From a virus: 64,000 nt of DNA. Under the pieces are notes generated by a model that saw nothing but the letters and a program-made list of their open reading frames with translations, ran no database searches and was not told the origin of the DNA. The translations under genes and the position numbers were made by a program. The stretch is taken from positions 32,001 to 96,000 of IMG/VR virus record IMGVR_UViG_3300017917_003893. One strand, given 5' to 3'. Positions 1 to 10,846 of the stretch are shown one piece after another; the stretch's first letter is position 1, and every line of letters begins with the position of its first letter.

Positions 1-15
1 AAATTTTGTATTTGA

Positions 16-3000
16 TTATCCGTTGATGAATCCACCTGCTGCGATAGCACCAGTTCTCAAGATAGTAATATTGTTTACAATAATACCCATACCCTTGATT
101 GGCTCAACATATGTATCAAGAACACCGATTTGGTTATCTATGATTTCATTAGTGTTGTTTTCTTCATCCATCTTATTAAAGTAGTTGTATAAACCATTTC
201 TACTTACATAAGTTTCACAGATAACGTCTGCTCTAAGTTTAATTTCAGCTCTCACATCAGGAGTATTAAATTTCCATTGGAAGTCTAATAACATTCTTGA
301 TAATTCTCTTTCAAGTTCGATAAGAACCTCTCTAACGTGTATGTAAGAAAGAGCCGATCTATAAAGAGTTTGACCTGTATTTTCTGTTTCGATAACATTT
401 CCTCTATTTCTCTTGAACACAATTGGGTTCATTTGAGCTTGATTGATGAATTCGATATCAGTAGCTGTGAAGTCCATTTCAGTTGATACGATATTGGTAA
501 TTCTACCATTTGTAACACCTGCTGCGATTGTCCAAGGAGTCATACCACTTATATTTGAAATATGCTTTCTCATATATGTTGTTGCTACCCAAGCTGCTGG
601 TGGAACATCAATTGGTCTACCGTTGTCATTTACAGTTAAGTAGGGTAAGAAGTATGCTACTGAAGTTGAACCTGCTCCGTCACCGAATGAGTAAAGGAAT
701 GCTGGAGAACTTTCAGGGTCACCACCTTTAGCTACATATTCTAACTGAAGAACACCTTCAGCGTTTACGAAGCTTGGAGATGATGAGTTCTTAAATGACT
801 TCATAGAAGGCATGTTTAAGATACCAAGAGCATCTAATCTATCACCACAGATATCTACTAGTTGTTGTTTAGATCTTTCAGTTAATCCTAATCCAAATGA
901 GTCAACTAAATATCTGAAGTCGATAGCTTCTTTGTTAGTTATAGCTTTGAATAAAGGAGTTCCTTTAGCAACTAAATTTAATATCTGATTTTGTCTTGCT
1001 TCAGTTCCATCAGGTAATGAAGCATTTCTTACTCTAAATCCTTTTAGAGATATACCTTTATAAGTAACTGCGTAGTTATCAATACTTGTGTATCTTGTAG
1101 TTTGATAGTCACCACTATAGTTAACTTTATCAATTCTAGCATCACAAGTTATTTCAACTAAAGTCGCATCACCAGTATAAGCCTTTTTAGAAAGAATTCT
1201 TGTAAGTTTTCTAGCAACTTCACCTGGTTGAAGAGTTACAGTTGGGTCTACATATGCTGCTAAATAGTCGCCTACTTTAACTTCAGTGTATCTAGCACCA
1301 TTTACTAATATCTTATTAGGAACTTGAGTGTAACCAGTTGGTAACTCTATCTCTACAGTTTGCTTAAAGTTTGATTTAGCAGATTGTATAAAGAATGTGT
1401 TATTTGCTATAGTATCAACTGCTTCAGTTGCTGTATATGTTTCATCCATAAATGCAACATCTAAGTCACCATTGTTAGATAAATACATCTTTAAGTAATG
1501 TTTCTTTAAGAAGTTATAGATTGTGCTAACATTTAAAACTTCTTCATAAACAACTTCTTCTGATACTTCATATGCCCAGAAGTAAGATCCTGTTGAGTTT
1601 ATATAACCCATAGAGGATGCTAGTGCTGCTGGATTAGAAGCATCGATTATTGTAAATGAACCAGCGTTTCTAGCAGAATCTGGAACTATAATTTGGTCAT
1701 ATACTATCCAAGGATCATTTATATCAAAAGTTGGATTTGTATTAGAAGATGTTTCTATTATAATATAGTTTTTACCAGCAAATGATGATGTTACACCCAT
1801 TTGAGAGTTACCATCAGTGTTGTCTTCACCATCTATAAAGATAACGTTTACAGTTTCTTCGTTTTGAATTATTGACTGAGGTATTTTATTAGCATAGAAG
1901 TAGTCTCCTGTATTAACAACACCATCATAGAATTGATTGTATAGTTTTGAGTATTTAGAAACAACACCATCTGTAGAAGATGCTACTGCATTTGTTGTAG
2001 AAACTTTATCTGTTCCTAATATAAACTCATTGTCAGTTGTATATAGAACAAAGTAACCACCAATTACATCAACTAATTCAGCATTTGTTAAACCAGTGTT
2101 AAGTACAAATGATTTATTCAAAGTAGAAGAAGTAACAATATTTGATATTGTCATAGTTGATAAACTTGCTTTATTGTAGCCATTTGATGCTCCTAAACAT
2201 AAAGTCATTTTATCTTTATTTACTGAGTCAATTAAATCTACTAATCTGTTGAACATCTTAAATCTTCTATATTGAGCATAGTTTGAAGTAGATGGTACAG
2301 TATTAGTATTTTGGAATTCAACCTTAATAGAACCAGTAGTACTTTGAGTTGCTATATAATAATCATCATTTGCTCCAGTACCAAGACTAAAGTCTATGAA
2401 GCCAGCACTATCAACGCTTACATCTGTTACTGCAACACTAGCTGTTGCGAAGTAACCATCTTTCATATCAAATTCAATGTAACCTAATACTATATCACTA
2501 GCTGCAACTTGAGGTTTTGTTGGAGTTGAACCATAAGCTACACCAGTTGTGTTGTTAACAACATATATAGTACCTGTTGAATCCATTGCGAATGCTGATA
2601 CATATGACATTGTTCCATAAGAAGCAGCATAGTCAGTTGAACTTAAAGTTAATGTTTTTGAAACCACAGGAACTTTTGTTCCGTTTATTACCGCAAAAGC
2701 ATCTGATGTTGCTGTATAAGTTTGAGCAATAGATACTGTAGATGAAACTAAAGAACCTTTTGTTACATCAAAAGTAAATCCTTCACCAAACCAAGCAGTT
2801 CTGTTGTTACCATTTGCTACAATACCTGATTCAACTGGAACACCAGAACCATTATCAAATGCGTGTGCTAATGCACTACCGTTAACGTGTCCAGCATAAT
2901 CAAAACCACCACCTAACATAGCAGTTACGTTTCCAGGTAAGTCAAGTGGAACTGCTGTTATAGAAACAGACTCAGCTATTGTTTCTTTATATGAAAGAAA

Positions 3001-3966
3001 CTCAATAGAAGCCTCATTTACACCAGCTATTGTTTGACCTACTATGTCTAATAAACCATTGTAGTAGTCAGTCTCAACTAAATCTGAGTTGAAAGCACAA
3101 AATACTCCAGTTCTATCTGTATCTCTGTTAATTACCGTTTCAATAAAAATATTAGTACCGTTGGCATCTCTAAAATATGGTATTAATGACAATCCTTCAT
3201 AATAAGCTAACAATGTAACATTTCTATCGTTAGCGAAGTTTCTAATTTGACTCTTAATCAAACCAGATGTATTGAAGTAAGCACTCCATCTAGTGTCTAT
3301 TGCTAAAGTTTGATAGTCTGACCAGTCACCACCAACTACAACAACATCAACCATGTAGTCAGACGCATAATCATTTGCGTTAACGTATGGTGGGAGTTTC
3401 TCTTGAGAACCGTACCATTCGATTAGTGTTCTGTCAAATCCTGTTCTAGCACTTTTAACAATAAATACTGTAACAAATCTATCAGACAAGTTAGTTATGC
3501 TGAAAGCTCTTTCAGTATAGCCAGTATTATTTTTTGTTAAATTAATGAAAGATTCAGTATCTCTTTTCCAGAAACCTGTTGTGTCAAAGAATCTTCTATA
3601 AGGTCCTTCTCTTTCTATATCATTTGTGAATCCAGATGAAGATGACAATGATTTATACTCAATGACATCTAAAGTATCGTCTGTATTTAAAAGATTGATA
3701 GCGAATACAGGTGATGTTTCCAACATTTTTTGAATAGTTCTGTGGAAAAATGAACCTTTTCTTTCCAATCCTCTATCAAGTTGACCAAAGATAGATTCTA
3801 AGTCATTGACAGTTGTAAGTCTAATAGGGGTGTTAACTGGTCCTTTTTTAGAAACACCGATAACCATATTAGTAATACCCTCAACAACAGGAGTAGTTAT
3901 GATTGAATTATCAAACTCTTCTATGAAGATTCCTGGTCTTTTGTATTTTCCAATTTGAATTGCCAT
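16..3966 (-). CDS. gp18: Contractile tail sheath protein (T4 gp18-like), enlarged
   Basis: N-terminal RPGIFIEEFDNS/GVSKKGP and C-terminal AGVTNG, NPIVF, IHVREVLI, WKFNTPDVR, MDEENNT..IIDN, VEPIKGM are typical sheath motifs; 1316 aa. Confidence 0.93.
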   Translation of the reverse strand: MAIQIGKYKRPGIFIEEFDNSIITTPVVEGITNMVIGVSKKGPVNTPIRLTTVNDLESIFGQLDRGLERKGSFFHRTIQKMLETSPVFAINLLNTDDTLDVIEYKSLSSSSGFTNDIEREGPYRRFFDTTGFWKRDTESFINLTKNNTGYTERAFSITNLSDRFVTVFIVKSARTGFDRTLIEWYGSQEKLPPYVNANDYASDYMVDVVVVGGDWSDYQTLAIDTRWSAYFNTSGLIKSQIRNFANDRNVTLLAYYEGLSLIPYFRDANGTNIFIETVINRDTDRTGVFCAFNSDLVETDYYNGLLDIVGQTIAGVNEASIEFLSYKETIAESVSITAVPLDLPGNVTAMLGGGFDYAGHVNGSALAHAFDNGSGVPVESGIVANGNNRTAWFGEGFTFDVTKGSLVSSTVSIAQTYTATSDAFAVINGTKVPVVSKTLTLSSTDYAASYGTMSYVSAFAMDSTGTIYVVNNTTGVAYGSTPTKPQVAASDIVLGYIEFDMKDGYFATASVAVTDVSVDSAGFIDFSLGTGANDDYYIATQSTTGSIKVEFQNTNTVPSTSNYAQYRRFKMFNRLVDLIDSVNKDKMTLCLGASNGYNKASLSTMTISNIVTSSTLNKSFVLNTGLTNAELVDVIGGYFVLYTTDNEFILGTDKVSTTNAVASSTDGVVSKYSKLYNQFYDGVVNTGDYFYANKIPQSIIQNEETVNVIFIDGEDNTDGNSQMGVTSSFAGKNYIIIETSSNTNPTFDINDPWIVYDQIIVPDSARNAGSFTIIDASNPAALASSMGYINSTGSYFWAYEVSEEVVYEEVLNVSTIYNFLKKHYLKMYLSNNGDLDVAFMDETYTATEAVDTIANNTFFIQSAKSNFKQTVEIELPTGYTQVPNKILVNGARYTEVKVGDYLAAYVDPTVTLQPGEVARKLTRILSKKAYTGDATLVEITCDARIDKVNYSGDYQTTRYTSIDNYAVTYKGISLKGFRVRNASLPDGTEARQNQILNLVAKGTPLFKAITNKEAIDFRYLVDSFGLGLTERSKQQLVDICGDRLDALGILNMPSMKSFKNSSSPSFVNAEGVLQLEYVAKGGDPESSPAFLYSFGDGAGSTSVAYFLPYLTVNDNGRPIDVPPAAWVATTYMRKHISNISGMTPWTIAAGVTNGRITNIVSTEMDFTATDIEFINQAQMNPIVFKRNRGNVIETENTGQTLYRSALSYIHVREVLIELERELSRMLLDFQWKFNTPDVRAEIKLRADVICETYVSRNGLYNYFNKMDEENNTNEIIDNQIGVLDTYVEPIKGMGIIVNNITILRTGAIAAGGFING

Positions 3967-4027
3967 ATTTTTAATATTTTTTTTTATGTTATAGAGTATA
4001 TATAAAATGTAAAAAATGATATTTTTT

Positions 4028-4582
4028 CTATTTTGATGAGTTACTTGCTATTTTCTTTATGTTATCCATCATATTTTTTTCTATATCTATCATTTTCTTT
4101 TTCAGTGATGATTCAGCATCTGATATTTCTTTTGATAAAGATGCTATTTCAGCTGTTTTAGTTGATATTCTATTAGTTATATCAGTTATTTTAGCACCAA
4201 CTGCTTGTTTAATGCTACTTTCTTTTGATAAACTTAATTCTTGTGTAAAGTCGTCTTTTTTAAGTTTATCTGTAGTTATATCTTTTTGAGTCTTATCAAC
4301 TTTCCTTTTAAGATTAGCAACATGTAAGTAGTCAACTAAAAAGGGATTTCTATCAGTTCCTGCTTTTCCAACTATCTGATCTACTTTAGCTTGTAAATCA
4401 GCATCTGTGCTTGATTTTAGATAAGCATTATCAATTAGTGGCTTTTTAGTATTAAAGTCCACAATTTGTTTTTTTAACTTAGATAACTCTTCTTTAGCCG
4501 TCCTTATATCAGGACTGTCAGTAGATTGAACGTCAAACTCAGCTTCTTCTAAGAAGAGTTTATATGACTTAATATGACCCAT
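4028..4582 (-). CDS. Coiled-coil hypothetical protein, putative virion internal protein
   Basis: 184 aa ORF; N-terminus MGHIKSYKLFLEE fits the recurrent leader motif. Confidence 0.6.
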   Translation of the reverse strand: MGHIKSYKLFLEEAEFDVQSTDSPDIRTAKEELSKLKKQIVDFNTKKPLIDNAYLKSSTDADLQAKVDQIVGKAGTDRNPFLVDYLHVANLKRKVDKTQKDITTDKLKKDDFTQELSLSKESSIKQAVGAKITDITNRISTKTAEIASLSKEISDAESSLKKKMIDIEKNMMDNIKKIASNSSK

Positions 4583-7374
4583 TACTGTTTTTTCATTTCT
4601 GTTTTAGTTATACCGTCAGTTGATGATATTTTTGGAAATCCTCCAATATTATTTATTTGATTTGATATATCTTTATTTAAAACAAACCTAGTTTTACCAG
4701 ATGTAGTTTCAACATCTTTGGTATTTTGATATAAAGTATAACAGCTTTGTATATTAACAACTTCTGGTTTTTCAGATAACGTAGCTTTTGTATTCACATT
4801 ATTTGATTTACCATCATGTTTTGTTAGATGTGTTATGTCATATCCACCACTTAATTTGAATACACCGTCTTTTCCTATTAGATTTTCTATCTTCTTTTTT
4901 GTTGCTTTCAATCTAAAGTCACTTGCTTTCTCAGTTCCCTCTCCTGATAATCTATCTTTATTTAATCTGGGTAAATCTCCTTTTTCAAGTTTATTTGATA
5001 CACCTGATTGACTAATATACTTTTCAAAGAAATAGAAAGTTCTTGAGTATACTATGTATGCTGTATCACCTACTACATCTTGTATGAAGAAGTAGTATAC
5101 TTTACCATCTTTTGTAAGTGCTGAAAAGAAAGTTTTTTTCAAATTATCATTTGATTCAAACTTTATAGGATCTTTTGTGAAAAGTAAATCAACTGTTTTT
5201 ATACTATTGGCATTGCCACTAATTTCTTCAGCTTCTTTTTCACCACCAAATGTTGTATCTTGTGATATTTTATTAGGATCTGATTCTGTATAGCCAAAAT
5301 ATTTATCTAAGAATTTTGCTTGTTGTCCCTTGTCATCTTTGCCTGTTTTATATAGTTCATCACCATCTAGCATATCTGACATAAATTTTCTAAGATTAGA
5401 TCCGGCTTTTTCTATTAGCTCATCACCAACTTTTATTTTAGTTCCAACATTAAAAATAGGTTGATACTTTTTTTCTTTCATTATATCAAGAACTGTATTT
5501 TCCCATTGATTGAATATAGCATTATTTCTATAAGGACCACCTCCTGAACCAGCATTTGCTGGTGTTCCACCTCCAAAAGAGGTATATTCCATAAATGTTT
5601 TATTTGATACTTTACCGCCTGATCTACCAGAAGGTATTACTTGAGTTGTGTGTATTTTATATGCTCTATTAAAACATTTAACTACATCTAATACAGGATC
5701 CATTCCGTTTATTACAATAGAATCTTTCTTTTCTTTCTCAAGTTTATCAAACTTTTCTTTCATTTTAATAACTTCTGTTTTCTCCATAACAAAAGCTTTA
5801 ATATCTATTTTTTTCTTCCAATAGTCTTTAATCTTTTGTGATGTAGTCATAACATCAGGTGCTCCTACTTCATCACTTTTTTCTTTATCTTCTTCAGCTT
5901 CTTTTACTAATTTAATAAAGTTATTATATCTAAACAAAGACGATTCTTTTTTAGCTACAGTGTCAACTTCTTTTTGAGTCTCTTCTTTTTTAGGCTCACT
6001 AGGAACCATTCGCATTATTTGCTTAATAGATTCAACAAAATCTTGTAAAGGTTTAGTTAAGTCACCTAAACCACCGTATAATCCTTCTTTATCAAATTGT
6101 AAAGCTCTTTTAGAAAATCTAGCTATTTTTTCTGCAACTATAATTCTTTTGTTTTTATCAGATATAATCTCAAGACTCTCTTTATATAAAGGATCTTTCT
6201 CTTGTATTGTAGATTTTTTATCTCCAACTAAATATCTGTTTATTTCTGTATAAAGAGATTTTATTTGATTTTTGGCATTTGTATCTACAGACTTAGAAGT
6301 TATGTCATTTATAAAAGCAACATCAACACCTATTCCTTTTTCTTTAGATGATATTAATACTTCAATATCTCTTTTTAATTTTGAAAAAGCTTGAGTAAGA
6401 TGGTCTTCACCAGACTTTATATTTCCTCTATCTTGAGACCCACCAGGTTGATTAGTAGTACCAGGTACTGCTTCAAATATTGAAGATTCCATAACAAGTG
6501 CTAAGCCTGCTGGTAAAGTTTGGTTGTCTTTCGGATATTTTTGAAGTATTTTAGAATTTTTTGTTCTAATATCAGCTAAAGACATTTTTTTCTTATTTAT
6601 ATTTACATCTTTCTGTATTTTTTCAATCGTATCACCTTCTTTAGTTTTATAAGGCTCAATAGATGATGATTTAGCAACTGGTGTAGATGATTGGATTTTA
6701 ACTCTTTTATAAGCGTCTAATATAATACCTAATGATTTTAGGTTTTTAATCATAACTGGATAAAGAGATTCTGATGTTTTCCCTGATTCGGATCCTTTTT
6801 CAGATCCTTCTTCGGATCCTTCTTTGCCTTCACCTTCCTCTTTATCTTTGTCGGCCTCAGATTTACCACCCTCATCATCTTTGAATTGTTCTAAGAACTT
6901 TAGAAATTCTTCTAGTTGACTTATTAAATTTTCCTTATTTTCAAAATCTTCAAAATTCTTAATATCATTTATAGCCGCTCTTGTAAGATTTTTTATCTCA
7001 CCAACATTTGCTCCTTCTTCAACCGCCTTCTGTAAACTATCAATAAATGAGAATACTATAAGTCTTCTATATTCTTTTCTATCCTCTTCTGATAACTCAG
7101 CAGCAGTTGATGTTCCTAATAGTTCGTCAAAGGTGTCTCTTAATCTTCTAGCGACTCCTTTAATTCTAACTAAGTTGGCGCCTATTTTGGCTTTTCTTAT
7201 TGTAGAGTTTATTAATCTTCCTAGTAAAGAATCACCCCAAGGTATATCATTTGCAAATGGACCACTATTTTCAACGTCTTCATTTATTGAATACAAATCA
7301 TCGTATTTTTTGTACTCGTCTATTTTACTGATACTTCTTTTAAGGAATTCTTCTCTGTTATTAAGGTATTTCAT
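4582..7374 (-). CDS. Large putative virion protein with LysM-like segment; partial paralogue of 60636..62843
   Basis: YKTKEGDTIEKI...IRTKN...LPAGLALVM is LysM-like; shared block with 60636 ORF; ATG at 7374 preferred over TTG 7395 given TAATATATA at 7398-7406. Confidence 0.6.
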   Translation of the reverse strand: MKYLNNREEFLKRSISKIDEYKKYDDLYSINEDVENSGPFANDIPWGDSLLGRLINSTIRKAKIGANLVRIKGVARRLRDTFDELLGTSTAAELSEEDRKEYRRLIVFSFIDSLQKAVEEGANVGEIKNLTRAAINDIKNFEDFENKENLISQLEEFLKFLEQFKDDEGGKSEADKDKEEGEGKEGSEEGSEKGSESGKTSESLYPVMIKNLKSLGIILDAYKRVKIQSSTPVAKSSSIEPYKTKEGDTIEKIQKDVNINKKKMSLADIRTKNSKILQKYPKDNQTLPAGLALVMESSIFEAVPGTTNQPGGSQDRGNIKSGEDHLTQAFSKLKRDIEVLISSKEKGIGVDVAFINDITSKSVDTNAKNQIKSLYTEINRYLVGDKKSTIQEKDPLYKESLEIISDKNKRIIVAEKIARFSKRALQFDKEGLYGGLGDLTKPLQDFVESIKQIMRMVPSEPKKEETQKEVDTVAKKESSLFRYNNFIKLVKEAEEDKEKSDEVGAPDVMTTSQKIKDYWKKKIDIKAFVMEKTEVIKMKEKFDKLEKEKKDSIVINGMDPVLDVVKCFNRAYKIHTTQVIPSGRSGGKVSNKTFMEYTSFGGGTPANAGSGGGPYRNNAIFNQWENTVLDIMKEKKYQPIFNVGTKIKVGDELIEKAGSNLRKFMSDMLDGDELYKTGKDDKGQQAKFLDKYFGYTESDPNKISQDTTFGGEKEAEEISGNANSIKTVDLLFTKDPIKFESNDNLKKTFFSALTKDGKVYYFFIQDVVGDTAYIVYSRTFYFFEKYISQSGVSNKLEKGDLPRLNKDRLSGEGTEKASDFRLKATKKKIENLIGKDGVFKLSGGYDITHLTKHDGKSNNVNTKATLSEKPEVVNIQSCYTLYQNTKDVETTSGKTRFVLNKDISNQINNIGGFPKISSTDGITKTEMKKQ

Positions 7375-7501
7375 GTTTTTTGAAAATTTTTTCAATTTAT
7401 ATATTAAAAATTATTAGCCAAAAATAGACTAATTAGAAATTATCCGTACATTTGTGTATGTAAATAAATAAGATAGTAAAAGTCAAAATAATAAAATAAA
7501 T

Positions 7502-7532
7502 TTTGTTATTTACGATTTTATCCTTATATTTG
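7502..7532 (+). promoter_or_regulatory. Bacteroidota-type housekeeping-sigma promoter
   Basis: TTTG (7502-7505), 19 nt spacer, TATATTTG (7525-7532) upstream of ATG 7564. Confidence 0.75.
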
Positions 7533-7563
7533 TATAACAAATCCACTACAAAAACAAAAAGAT

Positions 7564-8034
7564 ATGGCAACTCTAAACTTAAATAAAGTAATCTGTGTAA
7601 GTCTAAAGTCTCACAATGAGTCTCAACTTGATGCAATTGGTGCTACTTACAATATTAGCCTTGATTCATTAATGAAGGCAAAAAATGATGGTTGTAAGAA
7701 GTTATGGGTTCATATCGGCGGTGGTATTGTAATTGCTGGTTTAGACACAGACAACATCGATGATGTTTATTTTTCTCCAGAATATTTACCAATGACTGCT
7801 AAAGTTCGTAAAGCTATCTTAGCTATCAAGCCTGTAAAAACTCCTAAGATGCCAACTAAAACTAAAGTTAAAGTTGATAATGTAGATGTTGATAACTTTG
7901 TCGATATCACTAGCTTAATCGATGAGGCGTTTTCTAACCTTGATGTTGATGCTATTCTTGATAAGATTTCTGCTAAAGGAATGAATTCTTTGACTAAAAA
8001 AGAACTTGAATTCTTGAAAAACTCTAGTAAATAA
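7564..8034 (+). CDS. Hypothetical early protein with C-terminal DUF6576-like helix pair
   Basis: C-terminal VDAILDKISAKGMNSLTKKELEFL resembles the tail of Bacteroidota rhomboid proteins. Confidence 0.6.
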   Translation: MATLNLNKVICVSLKSHNESQLDAIGATYNISLDSLMKAKNDGCKKLWVHIGGGIVIAGLDTDNIDDVYFSPEYLPMTAKVRKAILAIKPVKTPKMPTKTKVKVDNVDVDNFVDITSLIDEAFSNLDVDAILDKISAKGMNSLTKKELEFLKNSSK

Positions 8035-8054
8035 TCATTTTTTTCCAATAACAT

Positions 8055-8083
8055 AAAAAACCGAGTCTTATCTCGGTTTTTTT
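8055..8083 (+). terminator. Intrinsic terminator
   Basis: A6-CCGAG-tcttat-CTCGG-T7. Confidence 0.8.
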
Positions 8084-8195
8084 ATTTTAAAATAAATTTA
8101 TTTTTTTAACATTCGAAATTTTTAAAAAATCCTCGATTTGATTTTTGACGTAAAAAAACTCAAATATATAAGTCATATAAATTCATATTTTTTAT

Positions 8196-8489
8196 ATGAG
8201 ATACTCTGAATTAAATCTTCATGGAAAGACTTACACAAGTCAAAGGGAAATAGAAGAAATACTTACTAAACACAAATTCTATTGGCTAATAGATTCTGAA
8301 ATTGAGAATGCTAAGATAGAAATAGTTAACGACACAATTATATGGCATGATGGTAGTTTCTACACAGGAGACTGGCATTATGGTATTTTTAAAAATGGTA
8401 GTTTCTACGGAAATTGGGAAAATGGTATATGGGAAAGTGGTAATTTTGGCGGAAAATGGCAAAGCGGTATCAATCTTAAACAGATATAA
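8196..8489 (+). CDS. Hypothetical protein with G-x-[FW]-x-x five-residue repeats
   Basis: GSFYT GDWHY GIFKN GSFYG NWENG IWESG periodicity. Confidence 0.65.
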   Translation: MRYSELNLHGKTYTSQREIEEILTKHKFYWLIDSEIENAKIEIVNDTIIWHDGSFYTGDWHYGIFKNGSFYGNWENGIWESGNFGGKWQSGINLKQI

Positions 8490-8505
8490 AAAATAAACAA
8501 TTACT

Positions 8506-8976
8506 ATGAAAAGAAAAAGAATTACTCTTGAATCACAAGAAAAAAAACAAGAGAAGGAAATTTTCAATCAGAGAACGGGTGCGGCGGTTATTAAGGAAGG
8601 TGACGAGTATTTTTTTGAAATTGGCTCAGAAATGACAACAGATGTAGCAGAGGCGGTTTCGATATTTATGAGAAATATAGACTGGAATGACCCTATTTGG
8701 AATACGGCAGTGAATGAAAAAATGATATACGAAAATATAACACCTGAGAAGTCTCTCTATTGGTTAACAGGTGGTGTTAAAGAATGGAGTTCATTAAATC
8801 ATTATAACAGACCTTGGTGTGATTGTTATTTAGACTTCCAAGAGGAATTTGGTTTTCTAATAGTAAACATTGTAAAAAAATCAAAAACGTTATTAGATAT
8901 TAGAAACTCTTTTATGAAGTATCTTAACTTACCGATACTATATAATTTTGCAATTAGTAAAAATATGATTAAATAA
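8506..8976 (+). CDS. Hypothetical protein
   Basis: 156 aa ATG ORF followed by terminator. Confidence 0.65.
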   Translation: MKRKRITLESQEKKQEKEIFNQRTGAAVIKEGDEYFFEIGSEMTTDVAEAVSIFMRNIDWNDPIWNTAVNEKMIYENITPEKSLYWLTGGVKEWSSLNHYNRPWCDCYLDFQEEFGFLIVNIVKKSKTLLDIRNSFMKYLNLPILYNFAISKNMIK

Positions 8977-8995
8977 ATAAAAATAAACTTAATAT

Positions 8996-9027
8996 AAAAT
9001 CCCATCACAATGATGGGATTTTTTTTT
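8996..9027 (+). terminator. Intrinsic terminator
   Basis: AAAATCCCATCA-caa-TGATGGGATTTT plus T run. Confidence 0.8.
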
Positions 9028-9039
9028 AATATATAATCT

Positions 9040-9321
9040 ATGGAACAATTAAAAACAGTTTGTAGAAACCCTTGGTGTAAAGCCACTTTCTTTTATAAAG
9101 AAGAAGACATGGTTGTTTTATCACAAGATATTAGAAAAAATAATATTGATGCTGTTTTAGATGAGGTTCAAAAAGTTCCACCAACAGTTTGTCCAAAGTG
9201 TAAAAGTTTTGATACAGAGCTTAGTGGTGGTGTTCAGTGGAAAACAAAAGATTACGAAGGTAGTAGGTTTGATGGTTCTCCACATGAAATTAGATATAGA
9301 GTAACAAATTATAAATTATAA
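9040..9321 (+). CDS. Small putative zinc-binding protein
   Basis: CRNPWC and CPKC pairs. Confidence 0.6.
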   Translation: MEQLKTVCRNPWCKATFFYKEEDMVVLSQDIRKNNIDAVLDEVQKVPPTVCPKCKSFDTELSGGVQWKTKDYEGSRFDGSPHEIRYRVTNYKL

Positions 9322-10166
9322 TGAAAGCACATTTTTTTGATATAGATTCTATTTTAGAAGTTAATGCTAAGGTTTGGATTGTTGATAAAACTATTCCTAA
9401 TATACCTATTATGAAGATATCTCAGTCTGATTTTAATTTAATCAAAAATGGTATCTATAGAAGTCAAGGCAATTCTATTAGTTTCAGTGGACACAACTAT
9501 TGGTTACCAACTGATTTGTTTGAAAAGTTAAAGATAAAATCAAAAAATCATAGAACTGATATTTCTAACTTGTCTTTTTCTATGCAAGAGTTTATGAACA
9601 AAGAGTTAATTGAAAACTTAGACTATGATATAAACTTTGATAATATATCACATCTTAAAAATACTGATGATGATATTTATGTTATATGTTCAAAGAATAC
9701 TAAAAGAAACTACGAACTTATGATATCTAAGATAGAAGATAAACTAAAAGATAATGGTTTATCTATCAAAAAGTATTATTATATATCAGAAACATTTTAT
9801 AATAGAAGTGAAGATGATATATCACATAAAAAAGTGAGACTATTGTTACAACATCTTATAGGCTATAAAACAGAGTTAGATAAGTTTATAGATGAAAAAA
9901 TAGAAAAGTATGACGAGTTATATTTCTATGATGATGAAATATCATCTATTAAGTTATCTATTGATTGTAATAAGTTATTAATGTATTTACTTTCTAATAC
10001 AGATTCTTCTATAAAAGATATAATAAAACAAGATATAAAACAAAGTGAGCCTTTATTAGTTGTTAATCAAATAACTGGAAATAAAGTTAATAGATTTATA
10101 TCGACAGATGTTAAAATTCAATTTAGCAATCTTATAAAAGTTTTTGAAAGTTTTAAGTGGAAGTAA
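9321..10166 (+). CDS. HAD-fold hypothetical protein
   Basis: FFDIDS motif I and LYFYDDE motif IV. Confidence 0.55.
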   Translation: MKAHFFDIDSILEVNAKVWIVDKTIPNIPIMKISQSDFNLIKNGIYRSQGNSISFSGHNYWLPTDLFEKLKIKSKNHRTDISNLSFSMQEFMNKELIENLDYDINFDNISHLKNTDDDIYVICSKNTKRNYELMISKIEDKLKDNGLSIKKYYYISETFYNRSEDDISHKKVRLLLQHLIGYKTELDKFIDEKIEKYDELYFYDDEISSIKLSIDCNKLLMYLLSNTDSSIKDIIKQDIKQSEPLLVVNQITGNKVNRFISTDVKIQFSNLIKVFESFKWK

Positions 10167-10799
10167 TTACTTATCCTTCTCTTTGTTTATCATAGCGTTT
10201 TTAATAAGCTCATTTAACTTTCTATTATCCATTATTGACCCACCTGTATCTACATCGGATTCTGTCATAGCCTCGTTTTGAGCTTTTACCACATCTGGAT
10301 TTTCAATTTCATTTAGACCTAAGTCTTTTCTTAGATTCTTGTAAAACTTTTCAAGTTCGGTTCTTTGAGTAGATGAGAATTTAGAGTTTTCTCTAATTTG
10401 ACCAATTGTTTGATTAACAACTTCATGCATTCTTGCTGAGTTGTCACCGTTGTCAACTTGTCTTAATTGTGATAAGAAGTTTTTTCTAGTCATTTTTTGT
10501 AAAAATATTGTTTCAGCGTAGACTTTAGCATCTTCTCTCATCTTGTTTCTTATATATGGGTGTTCTTTTAATTGAGGCACATCGCTTAAATATAAATCAA
10601 TAAGAGATTCTAATACTTCCATAGACTGTTGACTGGCAACTGTCATATCTGAATCATAATCATATATTTCAATTTCACCTAAATCTGGTAAATCTTCAGG
10701 TCTGGCTAGGTGTTTACTTATATCAAATTCACCATTTTCTGATTGAATTTCATCAAATTCATCCTTTATTCTATTTCTTTCATTTTCAGTTTTTGACAT
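10167..10799 (-). CDS. Putative terminase small subunit (gp16-like)
   Basis: SARMHEVVNQTIGQ resembles gp16 PRxxEV helix; divergent neighbour of large terminase. Confidence 0.5.
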   Translation of the reverse strand: MSKTENERNRIKDEFDEIQSENGEFDISKHLARPEDLPDLGEIEIYDYDSDMTVASQQSMEVLESLIDLYLSDVPQLKEHPYIRNKMREDAKVYAETIFLQKMTRKNFLSQLRQVDNGDNSARMHEVVNQTIGQIRENSKFSSTQRTELEKFYKNLRKDLGLNEIENPDVVKAQNEAMTESDVDTGGSIMDNRKLNELIKNAMINKEKDK

Positions 10800-10815
10800 A
10801 GAAGACGGTTTTTTA

Positions 10816-10827
10816 CAATATATATTA
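10816..10827. promoter_or_regulatory. Overlapping bidirectional late-type promoter
   Basis: CAATATATATTA reads CAATATATA on + and TAATATATA on - between the divergent terminase genes. Confidence 0.55.
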
Positions 10828-10846
10828 AAAAATATGTTTTCCTAAA

